This document shows positions 38,101-47,095 of a stretch of DNA of 64,000 nucleotides, piece after piece. Source of the DNA: a virus (lineage: Duplodnaviria; Caudoviricetes); the IMG/VR virus record IMGVR_UViG_3300032227_000993. One strand, given 5' to 3'. Numbering within the stretch: the stretch's first letter is position 1; each line of letters starts with the position of its first letter. The notes under the pieces are model-generated. The model was not told where the DNA came from and searched no databases. It saw only the letters and a list, made by a program, of their open reading frames with translations. Position numbers and translations under genes: made by a program.

Positions 38101-38438
38101 TCAACTATGCCAACGGAACTCCTGTTAGTATTGGCGGTGGTTCAAGTGTAGCAGAGGCTCCGTTTAGTATTCAGTCAGTAGACTTTAATGCCACGGCAGG
38201 CAATCGATATGGTATTGCCACAGGCGGCGGTTCAGTAACCGCTACGTTGCCGGCTACACCCGCTACAGGCGACGCTGTTTACTTTGCTGATGCAGCTGGT
38301 GCTTACTCTACCAACGCATTTATTGTCAGTCCCAACGGTGGAACCATTATGGGTGTATCAGGTTCAATGACTGTTACTACTAACGGACAGAGCTTTGGCT
38401 TGTTCTACAACGGTTCAACTTGGCGCACATACAGCTAA
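35109..38438 (+). CDS. modular tail fibre protein
   Basis: IKITQLPEL..LSG.D.FPVV start; about seven W.FD..GNLT.P linkers. Confidence 0.72.
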   Translation: MSNIKITQLPELAPTPLSGSDVFPVVSGNVTYQVTANAIADFAGGGANTGNVTFDNQIVIGTGDSGGGGGLYLAPGDSELANLQYFRVRGGDVPSHLHFDTGNVDYYDQYFGDDGKYVKLEAGTAGNIVIGTDNNVQNWIFDNTGNTTIPGNIQTVTTGFPFTSNISGINTGSPTVLVTVIDAVFGAPETGQVTISGVVGTTEANNTWYYLSIDPSNFQLYYDAALQNPVNGTSWTAYISGGLAFAAGYSDLGITGGNVSITTNTDNTWTFDNAGNLTLPGNAFAVNYANGTPVTIGSGGSANSISNGTSNVAIPSANSNVVVGIAGSDMFTFGTDGNLTFLHGGKIAEVVSPVPGNYALALSGTGVTDPDQQLLVYPTSLDEGHLHLTSGNLYNVELFLGNDDLYVKLANTGNVIINTNDGVGNTAQWAFGIDGITTFPNNTILNTTGDDLFITTTDSNGIVNSSIELAPTSELTRIEQWSGQNSMSFTTADWATGVYTVDSGLGAVQFTGAANIVNFVNSLNAADVGHIFLSVNGGPQLVWDGTSTGGDNITFNTPTLPAVDPTTVTTFDYYYSFKSGFEIDYDSSEVNIYANDADINLSTTNQKDILLNSSRDMIVAGNGAVALTNFSNIDGITINTDTNGTSRQWTFDAGGNLRVPQGGYIGAAGVKGDGTMLTGGKGNIASLTSFYANANALNYSSCVTVNADGTLNITTYGDGTGLAGQWTFDSNGTLTLPGEGVVRSNNDTISLESWDTANSLGYGMYIGTTGGLYFQQATNPNWLSIAPNASNVEIAAGVANTGEAGHSISIASGSADQGTYNTSPGGNINITGGLGAFNDGGGGGPGGSVNITAGNSSDPAGVAGNVVVNSGTNTWTFDNTGNLSAPGTITANTFISNAFNVVTAGNLLVSSQYGLGTVGTILEQDGLLELIGNSTGGCVVVGWNSSYGNLSNVAQMYFSPAGSTGNIVVTTGDLGNTSYAWTYDNTGNLTLPGNTFAVNYANGTPVSIGGGSSVAEAPFSIQSVDFNATAGNRYGIATGGGSVTATLPATPATGDAVYFADAAGAYSTNAFIVSPNGGTIMGVSGSMTVTTNGQSFGLFYNGSTWRTYS
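35958..35991 (+). repeat. 34-bp exact direct repeat, copy 1 (copy 2 at 38094-38127)
   Basis: TTTGCTGTCAACTATGCCAACGGAACTCCTGTTA occurs twice, 2136 bp apart, in frame. Confidence 0.9.
38094..38127 (+). repeat. 34-bp exact direct repeat, copy 2
   Basis: Identical to 35958-35991. Confidence 0.9.
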
Positions 38439-38455
38439 CAGGAAATACTCGCTAA

Positions 38456-38725
38456 ATGGCCAACCTTAATTCATTTATTCAAATCGGGGCAAACACCGGT
38501 AACTTTGTAGGTAACATTACAAGTGCTAACATTGTTTCAACAGGAATTGTTAGCGCAACAGGAAATGTTCGCGGTGCTAACTTTAATACTGTTGGCGATG
38601 TTAATGCTACGGGAAATATAACAGCAAATACCTACACAGGTAATGGATCTCAATTGACTGGAGTGGCAAATGTTTCCTCAGTTAAACAAGTATTGGGGCT
38701 CACAATGATATACGGAGGAAGATAA
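38456..38725 (+). CDS. small tail-associated protein; N-terminus shared with 40310..41914
   Basis: M.NL.SFI.IGANT.NFVG. Confidence 0.6.
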   Translation: MANLNSFIQIGANTGNFVGNITSANIVSTGIVSATGNVRGANFNTVGDVNATGNITANTYTGNGSQLTGVANVSSVKQVLGLTMIYGGR

Positions 38726-38726
38726 T

Positions 38727-39083
38727 ATGGCAGCGCCAAACATAGCAAATTTAACAACCATAACAGGTCGAACATCGGGGCTGGCTGTACCAGCAACACC
38801 CACAGCCATTGTGACCAACACAGCCGCTAGTGGTCAAGTTTACAAACTAAATGCTCTTTTTGTGAGCAATGTAGATGGCACAGCCAACTTCACCATCACA
38901 GTGGATGTTTACAAAGGCGGCACAACCGCTTACAGAATTGGATATTTAATAGTAGTGCCAGCTGGTGCTACATTGGATGTGTTATCTAGAATAGTTTACT
39001 TAGAAGAAGGCGACAGTCTAAGATTGACAGCCAGCGTAGTTAACAAATTAGAAGCAGTTTGTAGTTATGAGGTTATGAGCTAA
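38727..39083 (+). CDS. small virion structural protein
   Basis: MAAPNIANLTTITG...VPA.ATL....YLEEGDSL. Confidence 0.6.
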   Translation: MAAPNIANLTTITGRTSGLAVPATPTAIVTNTAASGQVYKLNALFVSNVDGTANFTITVDVYKGGTTAYRIGYLIVVPAGATLDVLSRIVYLEEGDSLRLTASVVNKLEAVCSYEVMS

Positions 39084-39991
39084 TGAGTACCTTTCCATCA
39101 CAAACTTCAGCTAGTGGAGTATGGACCTTGACCCAACAGCGTACGGCTGATATGGGAGACAATTGGCCCTTACAGTATCCAAGTCAGGTTGAATATCTCA
39201 TAGTTGCTGGTGGCGGTGGCGGTGGGTACAGCAATGGCTCGGGTGGTGGTGGCGCAGGTGGATTTTTAACTGGTACATCATCTGTAGTAGCCGCGACCAC
39301 ATACACAGTAACCGTTGGAGCAGGTGGAGCAGGTGCCACTTATTCAGCTGGTGGTCTAGGTGGCAATTCCGTATTTAATAGTCAGACTGCCCTGGGCGGT
39401 GGTTATGGCGGTTGGAGTGATACTGCTGGTAACGAAAACGGCAGTACAGGTGGATCAGGTGGTGGTGCTGGTAGTTATAATTCTATAGAAGGAACTGGCG
39501 GTGCTGGAACTCCTGGGCAAGGCAACTCTGGCGGTGTTGCTCAAACCGACGGAGCTACATGGCGTGTGGGCGGTGGTGGCGGCGGAGCAGCGTTTCAAGG
39601 TGGTAATGCGGTGCCTGTTGCTCCATATTATGGTGGGCAAGGTGGTGAGGGATTACAATCAAGTATTACAGGCACAGCCATTTATTATTCGGGCGGTGGC
39701 GGTGGTGGCGCAGGCGGTAGCACTAGTACAGGAGGTGTTGGTGGCCAAGGTGGCGGTGGCGCTGGCTCCACTACTGCAGGAGTTGCTGGCCAAACCAATA
39801 CTGGCGGCGGTGGTGGAGGATCTGGCTACTTGGCCAATGGTGGTGCCGGTGGATCAGGCATAGTTGTGTTACGCTATCCAGATATCTTTGCTCCAGCAGC
39901 CAATGTCACAGGCAGTCCTACCTACACAGTCACCGGTGGATATAGAATCTACAAATTTACCGGTACCGGTACAATTCTTTTTGCTAACTAG
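39083..39991 (+). CDS. glycine-rich domain tail/receptor-binding protein
   Basis: VEYLIVAGGGGGG, GGGGAGG, GGSGIVVLRY, YRIYKFTGTG. Confidence 0.7.
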   Translation: MSTFPSQTSASGVWTLTQQRTADMGDNWPLQYPSQVEYLIVAGGGGGGYSNGSGGGGAGGFLTGTSSVVAATTYTVTVGAGGAGATYSAGGLGGNSVFNSQTALGGGYGGWSDTAGNENGSTGGSGGGAGSYNSIEGTGGAGTPGQGNSGGVAQTDGATWRVGGGGGGAAFQGGNAVPVAPYYGGQGGEGLQSSITGTAIYYSGGGGGGAGGSTSTGGVGGQGGGGAGSTTAGVAGQTNTGGGGGGSGYLANGGAGGSGIVVLRYPDIFAPAANVTGSPTYTVTGGYRIYKFTGTGTILFAN

Positions 39992-39999
39992 GAAATACA

Positions 40000-40296
40000 A
40001 TGGCACATTTCGCAAAACTTGATGACGCCAATACTGTAACACAGGTTATAGTTGTTGATAATAGAGAACTACTTGATGTAAACAATCAGGAACAAGAGTC
40101 TATTGGCGTAGGATTTTTAACTCGCATATTTGGACACGCCAATTGGAAACAGACCAGTTACAATGGCACCTTCCGTAAAAACTATGCTGGCATTGGCTCT
40201 ACTTATGACTCAGGTCGTGACGCATTTATAGCACCCAATCCAGGCGATGGCTACACACTCGACGAAACAACTTGTCGTTGGGTCAAAGAAGAATAA
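40000..40296 (+). CDS. small conserved tail-associated protein (possible fibre chaperone)
   Basis: MAHFAKLD...V.QVIVV, WKQTSYNGTFRKNYAGIG.TYD...DAFIAP. Confidence 0.65.
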   Translation: MAHFAKLDDANTVTQVIVVDNRELLDVNNQEQESIGVGFLTRIFGHANWKQTSYNGTFRKNYAGIGSTYDSGRDAFIAPNPGDGYTLDETTCRWVKEE

Positions 40297-40309
40297 CTAG
40301 GAAAATAAA

Positions 40310-41914
40310 ATGTCAGATTTAAGCTCGTTCATAAACATAGGCGCTAATACCGCAAACTTCGTAGGCGATGTTACCGCAACTAACTTAGGTAACATATCTG
40401 CTATCGATCTTAACGGCAATGCTAGTGCAGTATTAGCCGGCGATGGAAGTTGGGTAGCACAAAGTGGCGGTGGCGGTAACTCCATCTCTAACGGCAATAG
40501 TAATGTAAGTATTTCTGTAGCTGATGGTCCAATATTAATGTTTGATGGTGGTGTTCCTATGGCAAATATTGGCGTTACTAATATTGCTATTGGCGCCAAC
40601 GCACAAAGCCAGGGTGGCTTTGGAGCTAATACTATTGCTATTGGCGCATTAGCAGGTAATCTAAGTCAAGGACAACGAAGTGTTGCTATTGGTCAACTTG
40701 CCGGTGCTAATACACAAGGTAATTTTGCTGTAGCAGTAGGACGTACAGCTGGACAAACATTACAAGGTCAAAGTGCCGTAGCAATTGGATCTGGAACTGG
40801 CGCAACAAGTCAGGGACAACAAGCGGTTGCTATCGGTGACTCGGCTGGCGCAACAAGCCAAAGTGCCAGTGCTGTTGCTATTGGACGCGGAGCAGGTCAA
40901 GGAAGTCAAGGTAATAATGCTGTAGCGATTGGTAGTGCCCCGGCTGGATCTAATCAAGGTGCTGGCGCTGTTGCTATTGGATTTATAGCAGGCCAAACAA
41001 GTCAAGGTGGTAATGCTGTGGCTATTGGATATCAAGCAGGCACAACAACCCAAGGGTCACAAGCTATTGCCATTGGATATCTTGCTGGTAATAATTCTCA
41101 AGGTATTAACAGTATTGCTATTGGAGCACAAGCTGGTAACTCTAGTTCTGCTAATAACAGTATTATCTTAAATGCCAGCGGTAACGACCTTGCTTCTGTC
41201 AACAGCGGCTTCTATGTTAATCCTGTTCGCAACGATGCCGGCAACGTTGCTCAAGTAGTTACTTTCAATACCGCAACGAACGAGTTAACTTATGCTAATA
41301 CTATTAGTGTGGCCGGTAACGTTACAAGTGCTGATACTGTAGTAGGCAGTAATTTACGATCTACTAACTCTGTTGGCGACGAAGGCGGACAGCTTGACTT
41401 GGCCACAGCCGCGGCTAACAGTACACTATCTGGCACTAGTGTAACTTTTGACGTTTTTCAAAATAAGTTCAGAGTGTTTGAAAGTGGCGGCACATTCCGC
41501 GGCGGCTACTTAGATATTGCTAACTGTGCCGCTGGCGTTGGAACTCCTATTGTAAACCGTACATCAGCTATTGCCGCGGCCAACACCAAGGTCACTTTTG
41601 GCAAGCTCACAGCACAAGTTGGTGGTTCGCCTACTCGCTTGTATATTGGCGCCGCAACTGCTAACTTCCTAGGGGCCGGTCAGAGTCAAACAATGTCGTC
41701 AGGCTCTATGGCTGTGGGCAGTTGGATCAACGTGCCTATCTCAACAGGCACAGGTAATGAGTTTGCTATGTCAGGCGCACTAAGTTCTAACGGTGATACT
41801 GCTGTGCTAAACATCACTGATCAAACTGCTGGTACAGGCACATGGCGAGTTACTGGATTGATTGCTAATACCGCCTCCAACCTTTACAGCATCACTATTG
41901 AGCAGATAGCTTAA
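40310..41914 (+). CDS. adhesin-like tail protein with YadA-head-like AVAIG repeats
   Basis: About 11 tandem 16-residue G..AVAIG..AG...Q repeats. Confidence 0.7.
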   Translation: MSDLSSFINIGANTANFVGDVTATNLGNISAIDLNGNASAVLAGDGSWVAQSGGGGNSISNGNSNVSISVADGPILMFDGGVPMANIGVTNIAIGANAQSQGGFGANTIAIGALAGNLSQGQRSVAIGQLAGANTQGNFAVAVGRTAGQTLQGQSAVAIGSGTGATSQGQQAVAIGDSAGATSQSASAVAIGRGAGQGSQGNNAVAIGSAPAGSNQGAGAVAIGFIAGQTSQGGNAVAIGYQAGTTTQGSQAIAIGYLAGNNSQGINSIAIGAQAGNSSSANNSIILNASGNDLASVNSGFYVNPVRNDAGNVAQVVTFNTATNELTYANTISVAGNVTSADTVVGSNLRSTNSVGDEGGQLDLATAAANSTLSGTSVTFDVFQNKFRVFESGGTFRGGYLDIANCAAGVGTPIVNRTSAIAAANTKVTFGKLTAQVGGSPTRLYIGAATANFLGAGQSQTMSSGSMAVGSWINVPISTGTGNEFAMSGALSSNGDTAVLNITDQTAGTGTWRVTGLIANTASNLYSITIEQIA

Positions 41915-42260
41915 TCTGTTTAACGTGTTTACAATCGCCCTTTTGCCATTTGGCGGAAGGGCAAGTACAGGCCCATGATCCGTGATCATCAGTTACTGTA
42001 TAGATAGCACCATTACTGCCTGGCACCCGGTACTGCTGACCCGGTGACTCAATTACTTCCATGGCCCGAGGAGCAAACGACCAAGTATTGGCAATTTCTT
42101 TGAACTTGCGACGACTGGCACTAAACGGCAAGGGATTGGTAAACTCAGTGACTTCACCTGTGCTCTGTTTAACATAACCAAACATTTTGTCTTTGGCATC
42201 TGAGACAAAGTAAACGTGATTGGGAACAGCCCAATCGGTTAGTTCTTGTATAGTTTTCAT
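41895..42260 (-). CDS. SWIM zinc finger protein
   Basis: GS.G..Y.V......W.CTCP......CKH. Confidence 0.75.
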   Translation of the reverse strand: MKTIQELTDWAVPNHVYFVSDAKDKMFGYVKQSTGEVTEFTNPLPFSASRRKFKEIANTWSFAPRAMEVIESPGQQYRVPGSNGAIYTVTDDHGSWACTCPSAKWQKGDCKHVKQIKLSAQ

Positions 42261-42604
42261 CCTGTTACCTTTTCATTAGGCCTGAAGTCTCGGACCATTT
42301 TAACCAGCTTGTCTCTATGGAACATAATAGTTTCTACCACACGATCAACAGCTACTTGATCCCCGTAGCCACCAATGTGCCAGCTGTACTCGCCCATGGG
42401 TGTCCAACGTCCGCATTTCCAATCATAAATGGTTGCTATAGTGCCATCTTCAAACTTCAATGCCCATTCGCAACTGCTCTTGTCCAGATCAGCATTTGGG
42501 CCTACATCAGGAGCTCCAAAGATCTCTACCAGTTCGGCATAGGTAATCACAAACTCACCACGTAGTCCGGTCATATTAGCATTAGCGCCTTTAGTAAACT
42601 TCAT
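42257..42604 (-). CDS. hypothetical protein
   Basis: 115-aa ORF. Confidence 0.65.
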   Translation of the reverse strand: MKFTKGANANMTGLRGEFVITYAELVEIFGAPDVGPNADLDKSSCEWALKFEDGTIATIYDWKCGRWTPMGEYSWHIGGYGDQVAVDRVVETIMFHRDKLVKMVRDFRPNEKVTG

Positions 42605-42677
42605 AACGTAAATCCTATAATCAATAACACACTACAAACAATTAACAAATAAATTCTATTTTTATCTTCGTAGGTCA

Positions 42678-43073
42678 TTAGAATTCCTCTTCTTCTTCGA
42701 GCTCTTCTGCCGGATCAGTATCAATGACTACACTACCAATTCTAATAATACCACCACTACTAAATGTTGAGAAGTCCTGTACAAATTCAATTACACGACC
42801 ACTGCCTAAATTCTCAATCTCTGACGGGGCAATATCTTTAACATTAATACAGCCAATTAAGCCAGCGTCTACCGGATACTCGTTGCCTTGCTCGTCTCGG
42901 TAAGTGCCATCGCCCCACTTAGTAGTAAATGTAGCAAAACGAGTGCCATCTTTGAGATTAAACTCACCGTCTAGGACATTGTTGCCGCTACAAGTCAAAC
43001 TACAGAACTCGTCCCATTCAGGATGCATGACATAGCACAAGTCGCCGATGTAATAAGTGCCTGCTTTCATCAT
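42678..43073 (-). CDS. conserved hypothetical phage protein
   Basis: G.YYIGDLCYV, T.WGDG.Y, VDAGLIG. Confidence 0.65.
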   Translation of the reverse strand: MMKAGTYYIGDLCYVMHPEWDEFCSLTCSGNNVLDGEFNLKDGTRFATFTTKWGDGTYRDEQGNEYPVDAGLIGCINVKDIAPSEIENLGSGRVIEFVQDFSTFSSGGIIRIGSVVIDTDPAEELEEEEEF

Positions 43074-43239
43074 GATTAAACCTCTACCATTTCCCAAGCC
43101 CTAGCATCTGAGCTGATTTTGACTTCTTTACCAGTAATGCGTCCTTGTTCAGCCATTGCTTCCAGTTCGTAAACTTCAGGAATCAAGCCTGTGGCAATGT
43201 AACGCACTACACCTTTATTGACCACTATGCGATCGAAGT

Positions 43240-43431
43240 TCATACTTGAGCTACCTCCCAAGCAAGAATACGACGTTCTATTTCCATATCAATGATGCGA
43301 GCAATGGCCATTTCTTCTTTGGTCAAACTATCACGATGGATTGTAAATGTATCAATCAACCCTTCAAGTTCCTTGGTTGGCATACCGCGGACTCGAGCAC
43401 GATACTGATCTACTGTTAAATATTTTTTCAT
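43240..43431 (-). CDS. hypothetical protein
   Basis: Coupled small ORF. Confidence 0.55.
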   Translation of the reverse strand: MKKYLTVDQYRARVRGMPTKELEGLIDTFTIHRDSLTKEEMAIARIIDMEIERRILAWEVAQV

Positions 43432-43587
43432 TATTCTTGCTCCTCTTCTTTTTCCAATGCTTCTTGTGCGTCGATATTATCGTTCCACATTTTAATAAAT
43501 GCTTCTTCGGAACCAAAGTTTTCAACAACCAATTCTTTAACTGCTGTAGCAAACTGGTCTCTAGTTAATATTTTCATTGCCGACTCC

Positions 43588-43866
43588 TTATTCTGACAAG
43601 TTCATAATACGTGAGTCATATTCCATAAAACTCACTTCCATTGGTACAAACACTTCTTGACCGTTACGTGTTTGGCCTTCAGCTTCTTGCATTTCACCGC
43701 CATACACATCATTCTTTACTTTGATTTTAAATGCCTTGTAGCCTTTTTCATTGGTAATTTCTAACACAACGCCTTCAACATAACAATCCATACGACCACG
43801 CATGGGCTTGAAGTCATAGGCACGAATGTAATCACCAACTGCGGCTACTTTTTCGAATTTCAACAT
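43588..43866 (-). CDS. hypothetical early protein
   Basis: AAAAAGGAG RBS, follows an early promoter cassette. Confidence 0.65.
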   Translation of the reverse strand: MLKFEKVAAVGDYIRAYDFKPMRGRMDCYVEGVVLEITNEKGYKAFKIKVKNDVYGGEMQEAEGQTRNGQEVFVPMEVSFMEYDSRIMNLSE

Positions 43867-43880
43867 TTTTGCTCCTTTTT

Positions 43881-43926
43881 ATTAACTATGCTGCTAGTTT
43901 AACAGGCCTGGAATATTCGGTCAACC
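43881..43926 (-). promoter_or_regulatory. early promoter cassette copy 2 (GGTTGACC-17-TAAACT-AGCAGCATAG)
   Basis: Long identity with copy 1 extending through the RBS. Confidence 0.75.
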
Positions 43927-43941
43927 TGATTGTTTGGCCGT

Positions 43942-43963
43942 AAAAAAGCCCGTCTAGCGGGCT
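43942..43963 (-). terminator. intrinsic terminator AGCCCG-CTAGA-CGGGCT-TTTTT
   Basis: Hairpin plus T tract after the nuclease gene. Confidence 0.6.
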
Positions 43964-43990
43964 CAAAAAGTGTTGTTTTTAGACTACAGA

Positions 43991-45124
43991 TCAGGCTAAT
44001 TCTTGCCAACTAAGGAATTGCGCATTTTTAAGTGATTGAACACGTGCAGTAGGGGATGTTTCCCAAATTCCGTTAGCGTATCTAATGTGGATTTCTACCT
44101 GTGCGTTTTCCTGTGAGTCTGGCATACCAATCTCGGCGATAAACTTCATGGTAGCACCATCAGGAGCTGCGAACTTGACATCTTTCAATGTTAGGTCAGC
44201 CACATCATCAATGCTGGGCACATAGTAAACGTGACTAGGATTTACATAAAAGAATGGACGTTTCACAAATTTGACCAGCTTGGCAGCATTGCCTGATTGA
44301 CTCAGGTGCTGTTTGATAATTCGTGTAAACTGTTTGGAAATAGATTTAACCAACGGAGCCATTAGGCCTTTTTGTGTGGCAAAATTGGCCACAAACCAAT
44401 CACCAAAGGCACGCTGCCAATAGGCATTCTTTTCCATGTCGGCCATGATCTCTTGGCTGGTTCCTACTTTTTGGTTCTTGCCCGAGCAGGTAAACTGTTT
44501 GGTTTTGGGATCATACACAACATAGTATCGTTCAGTATCTTTGCCGCCAATTTTGGTGCCTGGATTCTTTTGTGCCAGCCCCAGTACCTGGGTGAACACA
44601 CCTTTTTTCCAGCTTAGGTATTCGTTACGGGCATATCGTAAAAAGGCATCGCCACCTACTTCTAAGCCTAAATCCTTTGGACTGGGATTGTTTAGGGTAA
44701 TGCCTGACTTTTCTTTGACACTACAGCCTGATACTGTGGATCCTACAAACTCTACATCAGCACTGGTTTCTGCGTTTTGATTCTTGCCGCCGGCCCAGTT
44801 AAATTGATCTACCACTTCGCCCAGTTCAATCAACTTGTTGACCACAATGGGTTTGACTGTGGAGTTTCCATATTCAACCCAGCGATTCAACATTTCAGGA
44901 ATGTAAGCAGGTGCTACCAATTTCTTGATATCAGCGTAGGTTTGCTCAGGATTTGCCAACATGGTGGCCGGGATAGATTTCTCAGGCCGATTAGGATCAA
45001 ACCTAGCAGGATCTGCGTTGCAAAATGATAGCAGCAGGCCTATTTCTGAATTGTAGCGAACAGCATCGGATTTGCCGCCTTCGTCTAACTGCTGATGGGG
45101 ATCAAGAACTTCAAAAATTTTCAT
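43991..45124 (-). CDS. putative PD-(D/E)xK restriction endonuclease-like protein
   Basis: SADVEF...GCSVKEK resembles the AD...SxK nuclease core; adjacent to two MTases. Confidence 0.5.
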   Translation of the reverse strand: MKIFEVLDPHQQLDEGGKSDAVRYNSEIGLLLSFCNADPARFDPNRPEKSIPATMLANPEQTYADIKKLVAPAYIPEMLNRWVEYGNSTVKPIVVNKLIELGEVVDQFNWAGGKNQNAETSADVEFVGSTVSGCSVKEKSGITLNNPSPKDLGLEVGGDAFLRYARNEYLSWKKGVFTQVLGLAQKNPGTKIGGKDTERYYVVYDPKTKQFTCSGKNQKVGTSQEIMADMEKNAYWQRAFGDWFVANFATQKGLMAPLVKSISKQFTRIIKQHLSQSGNAAKLVKFVKRPFFYVNPSHVYYVPSIDDVADLTLKDVKFAAPDGATMKFIAEIGMPDSQENAQVEIHIRYANGIWETSPTARVQSLKNAQFLSWQELA

Positions 45125-45149
45125 AGTACTGTATTTAGCTGGTTTAGCC

Positions 45150-46121
45150 TTAACAATGCCAAATGTAAATTTTGTCCTGTTTTTTCTTGCCTTTTGCTTG
45201 GCCCAGCTGCTGTAGTAAATCTTCTTCGGCGTGACATGGAGTTAATCCATATTTAACAGCATCATCGTACATTTTAGGGCTTACATTTAAACATACTGTA
45301 CCGCCCGGACGAATATGCTTGACGCATTTTTCGTACAATGGAATAAAGAAGCCTTCGTAAAAGGCTTGGTCATTCGACCACGGCTTCATTTTACGGTACA
45401 ATTCCATATTAATGTAGGGTGGACTGGTCAACACAAAGTCGTAGTCAATCTTAGAAAAATCTACGTCTAAACAACTATCCCATAACATGGTCAAATTACT
45501 AGGGCTCTTTTCTTCAAATAATGGATTGTCAACAAAATTAAAATCATTTAAATATGACATCATTCCATCATAAGCTGGCTTCATTTCTGTATTGGTATCA
45601 ATGCCCACGTAATCAATACCCAGGCTCCAAGCACCCAGCATACGCCCGCCCCAACCAGCTGTGGGATCTAATACCCTGGTTGCTCCATATTTCTTGTACA
45701 GGTATTTGGCTGTAATGGCTTTAAACATGACGATACTGCCTGTGTTGATCCGGTAGGCTTCAAACACATTGTTGGCAGGAACCTTGCCGCCTCTATTTCT
45801 TTTACGGGTTTGTTCTATTAATTGAGTCCGTTTCGCAGGATCAGCCCAGATATCATAAATGGTGTCTCTAGGTCGCCCACCACGTTCTCTAGTACAATGT
45901 AGCAGATTGGGAAATTGGAAATGATATAGAAATGGATTGCCAGCAAAGTTATTGGCATTTTCCAGGCCATCGTATCTATTTAAATTCTCTAGGTCTTTTC
46001 GCAACTGTTCATCGCTGATACGCTTATGATTAACGATATCATCAATGGTCAATGATTCTAAATTATCATTAACAGTTCTGGCCTTTTTGGGCTTGGGAGC
46101 AATAATAAAGGCGTTGGTCAT
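45150..46121 (-). CDS. amino-DNA methyltransferase (SPPY type, N4-C or N6-A)
   Basis: VLDPTAGWGGR (motif I), TSPPY (motif IV). Confidence 0.85.
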   Translation of the reverse strand: MTNAFIIAPKPKKARTVNDNLESLTIDDIVNHKRISDEQLRKDLENLNRYDGLENANNFAGNPFLYHFQFPNLLHCTRERGGRPRDTIYDIWADPAKRTQLIEQTRKRNRGGKVPANNVFEAYRINTGSIVMFKAITAKYLYKKYGATRVLDPTAGWGGRMLGAWSLGIDYVGIDTNTEMKPAYDGMMSYLNDFNFVDNPLFEEKSPSNLTMLWDSCLDVDFSKIDYDFVLTSPPYINMELYRKMKPWSNDQAFYEGFFIPLYEKCVKHIRPGGTVCLNVSPKMYDDAVKYGLTPCHAEEDLLQQLGQAKGKKKQDKIYIWHC

Positions 46122-47077
46122 TCTTCAAATAGTCCATTTCCAAAAGATCGTGTGGGAGTGTAGGATAATATTAATACTTCTCTATTGATTTTCGCAGATC
46201 TATCTACAGTATTAACACCTGCGCCTGCCCATTTTCTGTATTTCTTATTTAATTCAATAATGGTCTTTCCTTGGGCCCAACGTTCCAATATTTCGTTCTT
46301 TCTTTTTCCTGACTGTAGTGTATTACTTATGGCCCAGGCACAAGGCAACTGATCAATCCAGGCCAATAACGCCCGCTCGTCCTGTTCGCTCCATCCTGAA
46401 TAACGGAATCCACTGGCCAGATAAGGAGGATCTAAATAAACGAAATCATCAACAGTAGGCCGAATACTAGCATAACTGCCTGTGACGAAATGGTAACGCC
46501 CACCATTTAATCGATTCACGTGCTCTTGAAACTTTTGATTACAGCGAATTGAATAATCTAATGGCCCCACTGTGCCAGATAAATGGCCTGTGACCAAATC
46601 GGTACTAACATTACTATTCCTGCCATAAATGGTAGCAATCATGTAAGCACAAGATTCACTTAATCCTGTGTACATTTTATTATTAAAATCCATTAATAAT
46701 TGAGCATAACCAGCCTTGTTTAATTGATCTAAATGTAAATTGGGAATAGTTCGACCCATCCATTGTACTGTGCCAATATTGGGATTATTCCGTAAGTATT
46801 GCGAACGTGGAACTACAGAACTATTGGTTAGGCCATAATGGCCAATTAATCTAGTTAATTCTGTATGGAAGCCAGGATCAGTTAAATTGGTGTACAAACG
46901 ACTTAGATAAGGATTAATTTCTGTGCCAACTATTCGGGGATAATCAACACTTAATGCCACCACAGCCGAACCACAAAAGGCATCATAAAAGGTGCCCGAA
47001 ATGGTGGTAGGAAAATATGGAAGGATCTGATCAATTAATTTGCTCTTGTGACCGATATAATTTAATAAGCTATCCAT
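46118..47077 (-). CDS. Dam-like (D12 class) N6-adenine DNA methyltransferase
   Basis: NYIGHKSKL, YDAFCGSAVV, FVYLDPPY. Confidence 0.88.
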   Translation of the reverse strand: MDSLLNYIGHKSKLIDQILPYFPTTISGTFYDAFCGSAVVALSVDYPRIVGTEINPYLSRLYTNLTDPGFHTELTRLIGHYGLTNSSVVPRSQYLRNNPNIGTVQWMGRTIPNLHLDQLNKAGYAQLLMDFNNKMYTGLSESCAYMIATIYGRNSNVSTDLVTGHLSGTVGPLDYSIRCNQKFQEHVNRLNGGRYHFVTGSYASIRPTVDDFVYLDPPYLASGFRYSGWSEQDERALLAWIDQLPCAWAISNTLQSGKRKNEILERWAQGKTIIELNKKYRKWAGAGVNTVDRSAKINREVLILSYTPTRSFGNGLFEE

Positions 47078-47095
47078 TACTCTATTTTACACTTT

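Noticed and set aside
35109-41914. Diversity-generating retroelement or invertase-driven fibre switching
   Set aside because: No reverse transcriptase or recombinase in the window; the repeat copies are identical or differ without adenine-specific bias; no inverted repeats were seen at the island borders.
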